This document shows positions 1 through 14,615 of a stretch of 64,000 nt of DNA, in pieces (positions within the stretch are counted from its first letter, which is position 1; every line of letters begins with the position of its first letter). The translations under genes and the position numbers were made by a program. The notes beneath the pieces are model-generated. The model made no database searches. It saw nothing but the letters and a program-made list of their open reading frames with translations, and was not told the DNA's origin. Origin of the DNA: Eledone cirrhosa (Eukaryota); NCBI GenBank assembly GCA_964016885.1, contig OZ024760.1, positions 2,046,001-2,110,000 of the forward strand, read 5' to 3'.

Positions 1-125
1 TAGAGTTATGGCCCTTTACGTTCAAAACCCTCTCATCTTTGTGAGGTCGATAAAACAAAGTACCAGTAATACACTGGGATAATTGCTGGCCTTGTGCCAA
101 AAATAGAAACATTATTAAATGCAAG

Positions 126-350
126 GGCAGTGGATTGGCCGTATCGGTAGAGCGCCGGACACAATGATTTGTGGCATAGAGTTACGGCCCTTTACGTTCT
201 GAGTTCAAATCCAATCAAGGTTAGCTTTGTTTTTCATCCTTACAGGGTCAATAAAATAAAGTACCAGTAATATGCACTGGGGTCGATATAATCAACTTTT
301 CCCTCCCTCCAAAATTGTTAGCTTTGTGTCTAACTCAGAAACCATTATTA
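126..350 (+). mobile_element. tRNA-derived SINE family A (representative; about 15 copies in the window, both strands)
   Basis: Head tggcagtatcggtagag...gagttcaaatcc, core tttgcctttcatccttacggggtcgataaaataaagtaccag, tail ggccttgtgcc...gaaacaattatt. Other copies ~1-115, 8643-8835, 19372-19560(-), 22390-22570, 24437-24645(-), 28992-29172(-), 31332-31490(-), 35777-35940, 41885-42440(-, two), 43068-43255(-), 60610-60730, 63170-63340(-). Confidence 0.85.
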
Positions 351-1034
351 AGCTAGTATTTGGAACATAACTTAACAAAGAACTTTGTTAAGTTATGTTC
401 CAAACACCAGCTTAATAATGACAAAGTTTATTATATCACTAAATCTTTCCCGAATGCTCATCATTCTTGAAACCAAAGGCAGTGTCTTTCATTTGTAATA
501 TGGTAACAAAAGGGTTTATTATATTTGTTCTCTCTCTCTCTCTCTCTATCTATGTATCTCTCTCGCTCTTTGATTTTATCGATTCCAGAGCACCAATACA
601 AATTTCTAATTGATGTTGGAGTGGTGGGGCCGGCAACCTTAAAATTCATAGCGAAAGTCCTTCAAAATGTTTTAAAATAAACACACTGTATATTGTTAAA
701 TATACAATATATACCTTCATTTATATATCACTATTCCAGAGCACCAATACAAATTTTTAATTAATGCTTGGCCGGCAGCTGCTCTGTATGCAAATGAGTT
801 TCAACAGCTCATAAACATAATTGGAATTCTATAAGAATCCAGTTTCAATAGCTTTCAGCAAATGCAAAGGGATGTGTAGTCTTGATAACCACTAAGAAAT
901 GACAAATGTTGGCCATTGATTACCTCCCCTGCCTTTTCTGAAGCTAGGTATATGATGTTAGTCACTACCTTAAAATTCATAGCAAAGGGCCTTCAAAATG
1001 TTTTAAAATAAATATACAGTATATTGTTAACTAT

Positions 1035-1581
<547 letters not shown>

Positions 1582-2115
1582 CCCCTTTTCTCTCTCTATT
1601 TACTTCTTTATGTTGTCTTTTCCATTCACACAATCCCTCCTCTTCATTTTATTCTCCACCTCTTCCTTTCTCCTTACCACTCAACCAGCTCTTCTCTCTT
1701 CAATTTAACTCCTTAAGAATTTATTTATATGCCAAAGTGCAAAAAGAAAGGACTCCACCACCCCACCCTCACCACCCCACACCACCCCACCCCTCACCAC
1801 CCCACACCACCCCACCCCTCACCACGTTTCTTTCTCCAAGAAAATGAAAAATATTTGAAAAAAAAATGATAAATAAAATATTTGAAAAAAAATCAAAAAA
1901 ACCCACTAAAAAATATCATTAGAGTAAAACACACACAAGCAAAAGAAAACAAAAACAAAAACAAAATAATCCGGTAGTAATGTCTCGGATTACCATCCTC
2001 TTAAGTATATGGATTTGTCATCATAAATGATCAGTGAATTAAATAGTCTCTATCTCCTTCTCCGAGATTCTCCTGAATGGCTTGGCTCTCAGAATATGAG
2101 AGTGAGTGAGGGGGC

Positions 2116-2117
<2 letters not shown>

Positions 2118-2192
<75 letters not shown>

Positions 2193-2253
2193 AGGGAAGA
2201 CAGAAAGAGAGAGAGAAAGGAGAGAGAGGGAGACAAAAAAGAGGAGAGAGTGA

Positions 2254-2311
<58 letters not shown>

Positions 2312-2630
2312 GAAAAACAGATAGAAGCAGAGAGAGAGGGAAGCAGAAATAGAGGGGGAGAAGAGAGACAGCCAGACTAAGAAAAAGAGGAGAGGGTGGC
2401 TAAGAGAGAGAGAGAGAGAGATAACAGATAGAGAAAAAGAGGAGAGAGAGTGACCGAGAGAGAGAAAGAGGCGAGAGTGACAAAGAGAGAGAGAGAACAG
2501 ATAGAGAAAAAGAGGAGAGAGTGACAAACAGAGAGAGAGATAGAGAGAGAGAGACAAACAGACTGAGAAGAGACAGAGAAGGAGAGTGACTGAGACAGAG
2601 AGTGAGAGAGAGGAGAGAGGGAAACACGAA
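2118..2630. repeat. (GA)n-rich polypurine tract (others ~7847-8118, 10410-10503, 38880-39058)
   Basis: Direct inspection. Confidence 0.9.
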
Positions 2631-2889
2631 GAGAAAAAGTTGAAAGAATGTGTGTGTTTTTGGAAGAAGTTCAGACAATGCCTAATAAAATAAAGATCTA
2701 GAAAGGAACCAAAAAACCAATCTGTTATCCTATACTCATGCATGATCAAATTGTCTTTTAGAATTTAGTTCCATTTCTTTAAGAATGGCCACAATTCATT
2801 TTCCAAATTAGTCTAAGAGATATTTGTTTTGTTGTATTTTGGGGGTTTTGTATTGTTAAGAAACAGCGATTCGCTGCTCAGAAAAAATT

Positions 2890-3836
2890 ATTCTCTTCAT
2901 TACCATAATTCTTGAAAAATAATATCTATGATTTTCAAATAATTTTGAAAATATTCAAGAATTTGGAAAGATTTAGGAATAAAACTAATTTTGATGTTTG
3001 GAACATAACTTAAATATAATTAAGGAATTATGATGGAAGGTTTTTAGATAAATATAAACACTTTAACCCTTTCATTACTATATTTTATGATTTTGAAATA
3101 ATTTTGAAAATAATCAAGAATTTGGAAAGATTTAGGAATAAAATTAACTTTGGTGTTTGGAACATAACTTAAGAAAGGTTCTTAAATATAATTATGGAAA
3201 TATGATGGAAGGTTTTTAGATAAATATAAACACTTTAACCCTTTCATTACTATATTTTATGATTTTGAAATAATTTTGAAAATAATCAAGAATTTGGAAA
3301 GATTTAGGAATAAAACTAACTTTGGTGTTTGGAACATAACTTAAGAAAGGTTCTTAAATATAATTATGGAATTATGATGGAAGGTTTTTAGATAAATATA
3401 AACACTTTAACCCTTTCATTACTATATTTTATGATTTTGAAATAAATTTGAAAATAATCAAGAATTTGGAAAGATTTAGGAATAAAACTAACTTTGGTGT
3501 TTGGAACATAACTTAAGAAAGGTTCTTAAATATAATTAAGGAATTATGATGGAAGGTTTTTAGATAAATATAAACACATTAACCCTTTCATTACTATATT
3601 TTATGATTTTGAAATAATTTTGAAAATAATCAAGAATTTGGAAAGATTTAGGAATAAAACTAACTTTGGTGTTTGGAACATAACTTAAGAAAGGTTCTTA
3701 AATATAATTATGGAATTATGATGGAAGGTTTTTAGATAAATACAAACACTTTAACCCTTTCATTACTATATTTTATGATCTTGAAATAATTTTGGAAACA
3801 ATCAAGAATCTGGAAAGATTTAGGAATATAACTAAC
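2890..3836. repeat. 172-bp tandem repeat (~5.5 copies) derived from MITE-B
   Basis: Unit start at 3061, 3233, 3405, 3577, 3749. Confidence 0.9.
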
Positions 3837-3954
3837 AGTGTCTTATTTATGGATATAAATATCGCCAGGCCTGGGAATCCAACTGACAACATTATGATTG
3901 TGAATCCAACTCTCTAACCTCTAAGCCACACACATGTAGATAAATATAAACACT

Positions 3955-4243
3955 TTAACCCTTTAGCATTTAAAGCGGTCTTATCCAGCCAGAATTCTCT
4001 CTCTTCTTTCTGTTCAAACTGGCTGTAACTGGCTACTCAGACTTATGTTAAGGTATTTTCATTAAAATAAATAATATCAAAATCTTATAGATTCAATATT
4101 ATGTGAGATAATTATGTAAGATAAAGCCTTTACCATGAAAATATAATAGTATGTATAGAGTAATGTAAATGTTATGTAAGACAAAGCCTTTACCATGAAA
4201 ATATAATAGTATATATAGAGTAATGTAAATGCTAAAAGGTTAA
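3955..4243. mobile_element. MITE-A inserted into MITE-B sequence
   Basis: Flanks cactTTAA / TTAAaataaacagtttt rebuild the empty site seen at 4581-4610; internal ~60-bp duplication. Confidence 0.85.
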
Positions 4244-4334
4244 AATAAACAGTTTTGTGTCATAGAACCAGAAGTGGTTTCAAGCAGTTTGGTATGAAAT
4301 AGGTTAAGTCGGTGTATGGAGTACAACTTAAATA

Positions 4335-4539
4335 TACATGCGGATAAACTGAAAAGTTCATAGGCTGACTATGAAGGAGTGATGCTAGAGCTGTTAAATC
4401 TTGCATGCATTAATTTCAACTCTTCTTATAAATAACTGCCCTATTTCTTTCCAGGGACTATGTTGAAAAATAAACCCCATTTAGTCATTCCATGAGAGTA
4501 TCTTGGTCAGCTTATAAACTTTTTAGCCGACACTCGTTA
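4335..4539. mobile_element. mariner-type MITE
   Basis: Imperfect TIRs ctgaaaagttcataggctgac / gtcagcttataaactttttag, TA-flanked. Confidence 0.65.
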
Positions 4540-4829
4540 TGAAGGTTTTTGAATAAAATTATGACAGAAGTTTTTTAGATAAATATAAACACTTTGAAAT
4601 AAACAGTTTATGATAAATATGATCAAGGGTGGTTTCAGTCAGTTTCATATCAAAAGAGTTAACGGTTTTTTTTTGGGGGGGGGGGGGGGGTATCCTCAAA
4701 TTTCACATTAAACATTTCCCCTCCACTGAAATCTTATAACATTTTTTGTTTTAAATTAAAATTTTTTTTTTTTTTAATCTTTTAGTCAAATACTTCAAAC
4801 AAAATTATGAAAAATATAATAATTACTTA

Positions 4830-5018
<189 letters not shown>

Positions 5019-5381
5019 TCAAAATTGCATTAGGGGAGACGGGATAACACATTTTATTTTATACTAAATAGTAAAAAAAAAACACACACATGAGCAACTT
5101 ATTCTATAACCATCTGTCCTCTCACATATACTATAAGAGAGAACCATACCAAATGTAAACTGTGAAACCCCAAAGAAGCTTTCTTCAATATCAGACTTGA
5201 AGGCCCTGAAAGGGCTGAGGTCATTCCCCCTCCCTTCATCACTGAGCGCTAACAAACTAACATCTGAGCACCATATTCTATAACTACTTATATACACTAT
5301 GTGGGAAAACCTTACCTGTGAACCCCAACAAAGCTTTCTTCAATATCAGACTTGAAGGCTTTGAAAGGGTTGTGGTCTAAC

Positions 5382-5910
5382 GACTGAAACTAGTGAAAAC
5401 AGTGCCCCATCATGGCCACAGACTGAAACTAGTAAAAACAGTGCTCCAGCATGGCCACAGTCAAATAACTGAAACCAGTAAAAAAAACAACAGTGCCCCA
5501 GCATGGCCACAGTCTAATAACTGAAACCAGTAAAAGAACAGTTCCCCAGCATGACCATAGTCTAATAACTGAAACCAGTAAAAACAGTGCCCCAGCATGA
5601 CCACAGTCTAATGACTGAAACCAGTAAAAGAACAGTGTCCCAGCATGGCAACAGTCTAATGACTGAAACCAGTAAAAGAACAAGTGCCCCAGCATGGTCA
5701 CAGTCCAATGACTGAAACTAGTACAAGAACAGTGCCCCAGCATGGCCACAGTCTAATGACTGAAACCAGTAAAAGAACAAGTGCCCCAGCATGGTCACAG
5801 TCCAATGACTGAAACTAGTACAAGAACAGTGCCCCAGCATGGCCACAGTCTAATGACTGAAACCAGTAAAATAACAGTGCCCCAGCATGGCCACAGTCTA
5901 ATGACTGAAA
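5382..5910. repeat. ~48-bp minisatellite (~11 copies)
   Basis: actgaaaccagtaaaagaacagtgccccagcatggccacagtctaatg. Confidence 0.9.
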
Positions 5911-6098
5911 AACCATACAAAAGCATAAAAGAATTAAAAAACAAACACAGAGAAGAGAACAGCAGAATGGAATTAATTTCTGCCCTGAAAGAGATTCTGG
6001 CTTATCAGAATGTTAAAGGTTGGAGTTGGGAAATATATCTTTGAACATATCTTTGTCTAGACTGTTTCCCTTCCAGGAATGGGTACCAAAAATTGAAT

Positions 6099-7728
6099 CA
6101 AAGACATACACTATACCCCTGCCCCTCAAAGACACCCACAACTATATCCCTACCCCATAAAGACACCCACAACTATATCCCTGCCCCACAAGACATACAC
6201 TATATCCCTACCCCACAAAGACATACACTATATCCCCACCCCACAAAGACATACACTATATCCCTACCCCACAAGACATACACTATATCCCTACCCCACA
6301 AGACATACACTATATCCCCACCCCACAAGACATACACTATATCCCCACTCCACAAAGACATACACTATATCCCCACCCCACAAGACATACACTATATCCC
6401 CACTCCACAAGACATACACTATATCCCTACCCCACAAAGACATACACTATATCCCCACCCCACAAAGACATACACTATATCCCCACCCCACAAGACATAC
6501 ACTATATCCCTACCCCACAAGACATACACTATATCCCTACCCCACAAGACATACACTATATCCCTACCCCACAAGACATACACTATATCCCTACCCCACA
6601 AAGACATACACTATATCCCTACCCCACAAGACATACACTATATCCCTACTCCACAAGACATACACTATATCCCTACCCCACAAAGACATACACTATATCC
6701 CTACCCCACAAGACATACACTATATCCCTACCCCACAAGACATACACTATATCCCTACCCCACAAGACATACACTATATCCCCACCCCACAAAGACATAC
6801 ACTATATCCCTACCCCACAAGACATACACTATATCCCTACCCCACAAGACATACACTATATCCCTACCCCACAAAGACATACACTATATCCCTACCCCAC
6901 AAGACATACACTATATCCCTACCCCACAAGACATACACTATATCCCTACCCCACAAAGACATACACTATATCCCTACCCCACAAGACATACACTATATCC
7001 CTACCCCACAAGACATACACTATATCCCTACCCCACAAAGACATACACTATATCCCTACCCCACAAGACATACACTATATCCCTACCCCACAAGACATAC
7101 ACTATATCCCTACCCCACAAGACATACACTATATCCCCACCCCACAAAGACATACACTATATCCCTACCCCACAAAGACATACACTATATCCCTACCCCA
7201 CAAGACATACACTATATCCCCACCCCACAAGACATACACTATATCCCTACCTCACAAGACATACACTATATCCCCACCCCACAAGACATACACTATATCC
7301 CTACTCCACAAAGACATACACTATATCCCCACCCCACAAAGACATACACTATATCCCCACCCCACAAAGACATACACTATATCGCTACCCCACAAAGACA
7401 TACACTATATCCCTACTCCACAAAGACATACACTATATCCCCACCCCACAAAGACATACACTATATCGCTACCCCACAAAGACATACACTATATCCCCAC
7501 CCCACAAAGACATACACTATATCCCCACCCCACAAAGACATACACTATATCCCTACCCCACAAAGACATACACTATATCCCTACCCCACAAGACATACAC
7601 TATATCCCTACCCCACAAGACATACACTATATCCCTACCCCACAAAGACATACACTATATCCCTACCCCACAAGACATACACTATAGCCCTACCCCACAA
7701 GACATAGACTATATCCCTACCCCACAAA
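6099..7728. repeat. 27/28-bp minisatellite (~59 copies)
   Basis: ccccacaa(a)gacatacactatatcccta. Confidence 0.95.
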
Positions 7729-7917
7729 AAAATTATTTTATAAGCAAAAAAGCCCCATGAATATGTGTGTATATGTGTGTGTGTGAGAGAGTGGGTTGGG
7801 GAGATATTAGGTCATTTAAATATGCGTGTCTGTGTGTGTTTGTTTGTGAGAGAGAGAGATAGAGAGAAAGAGTAAGAGAGGGGAAAAAAAGAGAGAGACA
7901 GACAGAGAAAGAGAGAC

Positions 7918-7949
<32 letters not shown>

Positions 7950-8052
7950 TAAGATAGGCAAAGAAAAAAAACAGTAAGAGAGAGAGATGGATTAGGGGAT
8001 GGAAAGAAAAAAACAGTAAAAGAGAGACAGGCAGAGGGAAAGAAAAGAACAG

Positions 8053-8093
<41 letters not shown>

Positions 8094-8839
8094 AAGAAAA
8101 CGAGAGAAAGACAGAGAAGTAGGGTGGGTGTTTCTCTATTTTTTAAATTAAATTTTCTCAATTGAAGCAGGGTTAATAAATTGTATTAGTTCAAAAGGAT
8201 AAAAAAATATCTTATCTTTAAAAAAAAGGCAATGGCGTTTAGAAAAATATAAAAGACACACAGACACACAGACATTGTCAAAGAGCAGAGAGTTCCCTCT
8301 GACTCCATAATTCCATTAATAAAATATAAAAGACACACGACATACAGACATACTTTGTCAAAGAGCAGAGAGTTCTCCTGACTCCATTATGCCATTAATT
8401 TACTCTCTGCTATCATCAAAAGAAAAATACTCTGAAATTAAGCAATGACATGCATACTTTAACTCCATGTCCATGTCACCAAACATGTTTTGAAAATTAT
8501 AAACTTCCTATTGGTGCTGTTGGTACTGTTGCTGTTGTTGTTGTTGTTGCTACTGTTGCTGTTGTTGTTGCTATTGTTGCTGCTGCTACTAGTGTTACTG
8601 TTGCTACTGATAGTACTGTTACTATTACTACTGTTACTGTAGGGCAGTGACTTGGCAGTATCGGTAGAGAGTCGGACGCCATGTTTTCCAGCACAGTTAC
8701 GTCCCTTTACGATCTGAGTTCAAATCCCGTCGAGGTTAACTTTGCTTTTCATCTTTACGGGGTCGATAAAATAAAGTACCAGTAATGTACTGGGCATTTG
8801 CTGGCCTTGTGCCAAAAAGTATAAAGAATTATTACTACT

Positions 8840-10265
8840 GTTACTACTACTGTTGCTGCTACTACTATAAGTACTACTACTGCTGCTACTACTACTACTA
8901 CTACTACTGCTGCTGTTGCTAATACTACTACTGTTAATACTAATATTACAACTACTGTTGCTACTGCTATTGCTACTACTACCACCACCACCACCACCAC
9001 CACCCACATCAATACCACCACCACCCACATCAATACCACCACCAACACTACCACCACCAACAACAACAACACTACTACTACCACCACCACCACCCCCATC
9101 AATACCACCACCACCACCACCACCAACACTACTTCTACCACCACTAACACTACTACTACCACCACCACCCACATCAATACCACCACCAAGACTACTACTA
9201 CCACCACCACCACCCCCATCAATACCACCACCACCACCACCCCCATCAATACCACCACCACCACCACCCCCATCAATACCACCACCAGTATCACCAAGTA
9301 AAAACTTACTAATAGCAAATTATTGGTGAGAGGCAATTAAAAAGGTCTCTGGGAGTAGGGGGAGGGGGGGGGGGACTGAGAATATTCTTTCTTCCTTTTC
9401 CTTTCATTCCATTCCATCAAAGACTTTACCATAATGCAGTGGTGGTGGTGGAGGTGGTGGTGGAGGTGGTGGTGGTGGTGTGGTGGTGTTGGTGGTGGAT
9501 GAGGTGGTGGTAGAGGTGGTGGTGGTGGTGGCATTTGTGGAGGAGGTGGTGGTGATTGTGGTGGAGGAGGTGGTGGTATTTGTGGTGGTGGTGGTGGAGG
9601 AGGTGGTGGTATTTGTGGTGGTGGTGGAGGTGGTGGTGATGGTATTTGTGGTGGTGGTGGTGGAGGAGGTGGTGGTATTTGTGGTGGTGGTGGTGGTGGT
9701 GGTATTTGTGGTGGTGGTGGAGGTGGTGGTGATGGTATTTGTGGTGGTGGAGGTGGTGGTGGTGGTGGCATTTGTGGAGGAGGTGGTGGTGATTGTGGTG
9801 GAGGAGGTGGTGGTGGTGGAGGTGTTGGTGGTGGTGGCATTTGTGGTGGTGGTGGTGGTGGTGTTGGTGGAAGTGGTGATGATATTTGTGGAGGAGGTGG
9901 TGGTGATTGTGGAGGTGGTGGTGGTGGTGGTGGTGGTGGTGATGGTGATTGTGGAGGTGGTGGTGGTGGTGGTGATTGTTAGGTGGTGGTGGTGGTGGTG
10001 GTGGTGGTGGTGATGGTGATTGTGGAGGTGGTGGTGGCAGTGGCTGATGATGATGATGATGATGATGGTGGTGGTAGCAGTGGTTAATAATGATGAGGAT
10101 GGCGTTGATGATGATGATGATGAAGGCGTTGCTGGTGGTGGTGGTGCTGGTGGTGGTGGTAACAGTGGTTAGTGTTGATGATGATGATGATGATGATGAT
10201 GCTGGTGGTGGAAGTGGTGATGGCATCTGCAGTGGTAGTGATGGAGATGGGGGTGGTGGTGGTGT
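8840..10265. repeat. (ACC/ACT)n followed by (GGT/GAT)n trinucleotide-rich tracts
   Basis: C-rich 8980-9295, G-rich 9438-10265; similar tracts at 18545-18970, 21468-21895, 30647-30915, 32505-33400. Confidence 0.9.
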
Positions 10266-10446
10266 TTGCGACAGGGGTTGAGGCCCGATATAATCTTTGC
10301 TAAGTCAAAGAGCAGTAGCTTTTAGTTCTTTAAAACTCAAAACTATTTCCTTATTGTGAGAAAAAAGTCAACAGCTATGGCCTTGTTTTCTCTCTAGGCT
10401 CCCTGCCCTTTCTCTCTCTCTCCCTCTCTCTCACTGTCTCTCTCTA

Positions 10447-10506
<60 letters not shown>

Positions 10507-10877
10507 GCTGAGACATTAAAAATAAAGTTTTAAACAAAATTTAAATAAAAAAAAAAGTAGGAGAGGAAAAGACAAAAAAAAAAAAAAATAATAAACCAAA
10601 GGCACGAAAGATTTAATTTAATTTAAAGAATTTTAAAGCAGCAGCACACATACACACACATAAATACACACACAGTCATACAGACCTAAATACATACATA
10701 CATACATACACACACACATACATACACAGACACACATATCTATTTGCTTTTCTTTTGATCATCAGTAAAGGCAAAATGTTCTTGCCCTGTCTCATGAAGA
10801 GAGCACTACACCAAAGCTATGCTTTGCTTATATACATATATATATATACATACATATATATATATATATATACATAC

Positions 10878-10908
<31 letters not shown>

Positions 10909-11012
10909 CATACATATATATATATAAATACATATATATATATACATTTATATATGTGTGTGTATATATATATATATATACACACACATATATAAATGTA
11001 TATATATATATA

Positions 11013-11045
<33 letters not shown>

Positions 11046-11312
11046 GTATGTACATATATATATGTATACATACATATATGTGTATATATATAGTTTGATT
11101 AAAATAACAAGAGGCCCAACCATGGATGTCTCTTTAAAGTTTTGTTGTTGCATAAACATTATATATATATTTCAATTGCCTGGTTACATAAGATCCTGAC
11201 GACAGCATCAGGTGCAGATTGCATAATTAGTTAATCAATAAAGGAATTACAGCAAACACAAACAGAGAAAATATATGAAAAAAAAATTTGATTATATAAT
11301 TATATATACATA

Positions 11313-11346
<34 letters not shown>

Positions 11347-11356
11347 CATACATACT

Positions 11357-11868
11357 GCTTCCTCTTCTGACGAAGAAGGGTTTCTCCCTGCATACGAAAG
11401 GCCGGTTATATGATGCCTGTGTGAGGAGCGCGATGCTTGCATGGTAGTGAGACTTGGGCAGCAACTGCACAGGATATGCAATGGCTGGAGAGAAATGAGG
11501 CAAGCATGCTCCGTTGGATGTGCAATGTCAATGTGCGTGAACAACCCAGCATGGATGAGTTGAGAGAGAAACTGTGTCTGAGAGGGATAGAATGTAGTGT
11601 GCAAGAGAGGAGACTGAGGTGGTATGGACATGTGATGCGCATGGAGGATGACCAATGGGTGAAGAAGTGCCAGGAAATGCCAGTTGAAGGAAGACGTGGT
11701 AGAGGTAGACCACGAAAAACATGGGCGGAGGTGGTGAGAACAGACCTCAGGTCACTGAAGCTCACAGTGGAGATGACGAAGGACCGTGACTAGCGGAGAG
11801 ATGCTGTGCTGAATAGGACCCATCTCACCCTTGCAAGCAGGGAAAAGTGGGCGTAAAATGATGATGAT
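11357..11868 (+). mobile_element. Second RTE family, 3' fragment
   Basis: Encodes HGSETW...LERNEASMLRWMC...RLRWYGHV...GRPRKTW; ends cacccttgcaagcagggaaaagtgggcgtaaaa(tga)n. Confidence 0.88.
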
Positions 11869-12821
11869 ACATATATATATACACATATACATACATATAT
11901 ATATATATACATATGTGTATATATATATATCCATATATATGAATATATATACATATATATGTATATATTCGAACTACATGCCACCTGTAACTAGTCACCT
12001 AACTAACACACACATGTTCATATATATATAGTAATAATAAATGTGATGACTAAAATCCATTGAGGGTGAAAGCAGCGATTCTTTGCTGAAACTTTAATCT
12101 GTTCTTATAATATATATATATATATATATATCATCATCATCATCATCATCATTTTACGTCCACTTTTCCCTGCTTGCAAGGGTGGGACGGGAACTGATTC
12201 TGGCTAGATTTCTACAGCTGGATGCCCTTCCTAACACCAACCTCATTTACAGTGAGTGCTGGGTGCTTTTTTGCCGTGGCACCTCCACGACCACTTTACA
12301 GTGGAATGATAGGGACACCAGTCCCTATCATCTCATTTCTACAGCTGAGTAAACTGGAGCAATGTGAAATAAAGTGTCTTGCTCAAGGAAACAACACATC
12401 ACCCGGTCTGAGAATTGAACTCACAACCTTTCGATTGCAAGGCTAATGCTCTAACCACTAAGCCATGTGCCTCCATATATATATAATTAGTTACAACAGT
12501 GACATTTACAGGTACTAAAATTTCTTTGGGTTATTCACCCCAACTCATTCAGCCTGTCATATATATAAAAATGGCTTCCCAACATGGAGATTTTAGAAAA
12601 CATAGGAGAGTTCTAAGCATAGGGATGCCACATGGTGGACCTTTTTGCTGAGTATTTGAGGGACATATGAGTCGGTTTGGGTACTCCTGTCGCCCATCAT
12701 TTCTTTTCTCCTGGTCATTTTTCCCAATATGTTTCAGTCCTGGCTGTCCTTTAATCATGGATCACAGGCCTCACGTACCATATATATATATATATATACA
12801 CATATATACACATATATACAT

Positions 12822-13400
12822 ATCATCATCATCATCATCAACATCATCGTTTAACATCCATTTTCCACGCTAGCATGGGTCTGGACGGGAATTGTCCCAC
12901 TTGAGGCAAGAGTGGTTGTCTTGCTCTCATAGGACTGTCTGGCGGGTTTTCTACGGCTGGATGCCCTTCCTAACACCAACCACGTTTACAGTGTGGACTG
13001 GGAGGTTTTTACCGTGTTACCTACACGGCCACATTACAGCGTGGACTGTGTGTTTTATTGTCGTGACACCTACACGTCTGGCAGGTTTTCTACGGCTGGA
13101 TGCCCTTCCTAACACCAACCACGTTTACAGTGTGGACTGGGAGGTTTTTACCGTGTTACCTACACGGCCACATTACAGCGTGGACTGTGTGTTTTATTGT
13201 CGTGACACCTACACGTCTGGCAGGTTTTCTACGGCTGGATGCCCTTCCTAACACCAACCACGTTTACAGTGTGGACTGGGAGGTTTTTACCGTGTTACCT
13301 ACACGGCCACATTACAGCGTGGACTGTGTGTTTTATTGTCGTGACACCTACACGTCTGGCAGGTTTTCTACGGCCGGGTGCCCTTCCCAACACCAACCAT
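12822..13400 (-). mobile_element. RTE-like 3' UTR fragment with ~3.5 tandem 139-bp units
   Basis: (CAT)n then gtttaacatcc...; unit start ggatgcccttcctaacacc recurs every 139 bp (ORF starts 13100, 13239). Shorter relatives at ~20003-20250, 22713-22868, 31549-31710, 50073-50225. Confidence 0.8.
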
Positions 13401-13732
13401 GTATATATATACACATATATATATATACACACACAGTGTGATCGCATTTTATGTGAAGATGCGTTCATGAACATGGCGCGTAAAGCAAATTTGTGTAATT
13501 CGAGTCTAATATTTCTGATAAATAAAAAATTTAAAAACCAAGCGTTATTGCGCATTATTCACGGAAAGTGAATATTTGATAATATTTTTCAAGAGGTGTT
13601 AAAGTGAACAGACTGTATAGGTAGCTAGTCTTAGCAGTAAAAATTACTAAATACTTTATCCTCCAACTTTATATTAAATATATATGTACGCTGTGTGAAT
13701 ATGTATATACACAGATGTGTGTGGGTGTGTAT

Positions 13733-13782
<50 letters not shown>

Positions 13783-13900
13783 TTATATATATATTATATA
13801 TTTATATATATATTCATATATATTATATATATATATATATATATATTTATTTGAAGTATTTACGTAGGAAATACATAACTATATATATTTATACATTTAT

Positions 13901-13962
<62 letters not shown>

Positions 13963-14615
13963 ATAATAATAAAATTGAAGACTAAAATCCAAAGAGGGCT
14001 CGATAAGGAAAATATATATCAAATATATAAGGATTCTTTGCTTAAACTTTAATCTGTTATTTTAATAAATATATATATATACATATATATATATATTTAT
14101 ATACATACACACGTATATAAATATATTGTATACATACACACTTATATGCATATATTATAAAATAATTTATGTTAGAGGTCAAATCTATGATGTTTTGCAT
14201 TCATAGTGGTGTGTTGGTGTGTTCTATGTCAGTGAAAATCTCATCTGTCAGTGTCAGAAAGTCTGGAAGTAGACTCAGCTTAGAAATGACAGCGCCATGA
14301 TTATATGGAGAAACTCTGTTAAATGTCTGCCCCTCACCTGCCTGACAGACAGACAACTGTTCCATTGAGATATTGAAGAGAGAAGAAGTCTGCCAGATGC
14401 CAGATGTACAAGGTTATGGGATTGGTATGGTCCCTAGCCCCACCACCAGCACCACTTCCAGCTCAACCCTGCAGTCTCTGCAAAAGGACAGGTGGTTATA
14501 GAATAAGCTGCTCTGGTGTGATTTTTTTTTACTGTTTAATGAAGAAGAGGGAAGAGGGCTGTGCCTATGAGATTTTTTTCAAGCATTCAAGTCTATATAG
14601 TATTGAAGAGGGCTT

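Noticed and set aside
6093-7760. 555-aa ORF
   Set aside because: 27/28-bp minisatellite whose frame shifts continually
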